Below are positions 15,108-15,189 of a stretch of DNA of 15,189 bases, piece after piece. The notes beneath the pieces are model-generated. The model searched no databases. It saw nothing but the letters and a program-made list of their open reading frames with translations, and was not told the DNA's origin. The number at the start of each line of letters is the position of its first letter. The first letter of the stretch is position 1. Origin of the DNA: an uncultured delta proteobacterium (GTDB taxonomy: Bacteria; Desulfobacterota; Binatia; UBA9968); NCBI GenBank assembly GCA_963840855.1, contig CAWJBB010000054.1, positions 1-15,189 of the forward strand. The letters are read 5' to 3'. The position numbers and the translations under genes are program-made.

Positions 15108-15189
15108 AGCGGAATCTAAATTTAGAGTTTTCGTTGATCTCCAACCGTCGTCCATGATCTCGCCTTTACAAACGCCAACGGATTTTGTT

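Noticed and set aside
15115-15126. Perfect palindrome TCTAAATTTAGA after vapC
   Set aside because: AT-rich, loopless and weak; cannot support a terminator or binding-site call.

Overview
Bacterial chromosomal segment with moderate to high GC. The gene content (several Bug/TctC proteins, an amidohydrolase, a molybdo-flavoenzyme, scattered TA modules) and the intergenic repeat style suggest an uncultured 'deltaproteobacterial' lineage such as Candidatus Binatia, but this is inference only. From left to right: the 5' end of an M20-family metallohydrolase (minus strand, runs off the window and is absent from the ORF track); a 9-bp-periodic palindromic repeat; a tripartite tricarboxylate transporter operon in the order tctC-tctA-tctB, preceded by a start-less 3' gene remnant directly behind a promoter; ettA; a divergent amidohydrolase whose upstream region has a multi-stem structure and a degenerate direct repeat; a DUF2442 pseudogene; a toxin-first RelE/Gp49-like toxin + HTH antitoxin module with a frameshifted toxin; an orphan tctC; a secreted DUF4124-retropepsin-coiled-coil protein bracketed by inverted REP-like sequences; a coxMSL-type xanthine-dehydrogenase-family operon with atypical active-site motifs; and an RHH antitoxin + VapC pair in which VapC has Asn at a conserved catalytic Asp. 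The most notable pattern is that all three TA-related loci are damaged, while the two DNA-binding antitoxins and their operators look intact. No rRNA, tRNA, CRISPR array or transposase was found, and I cannot claim a clearly new multi-gene system.
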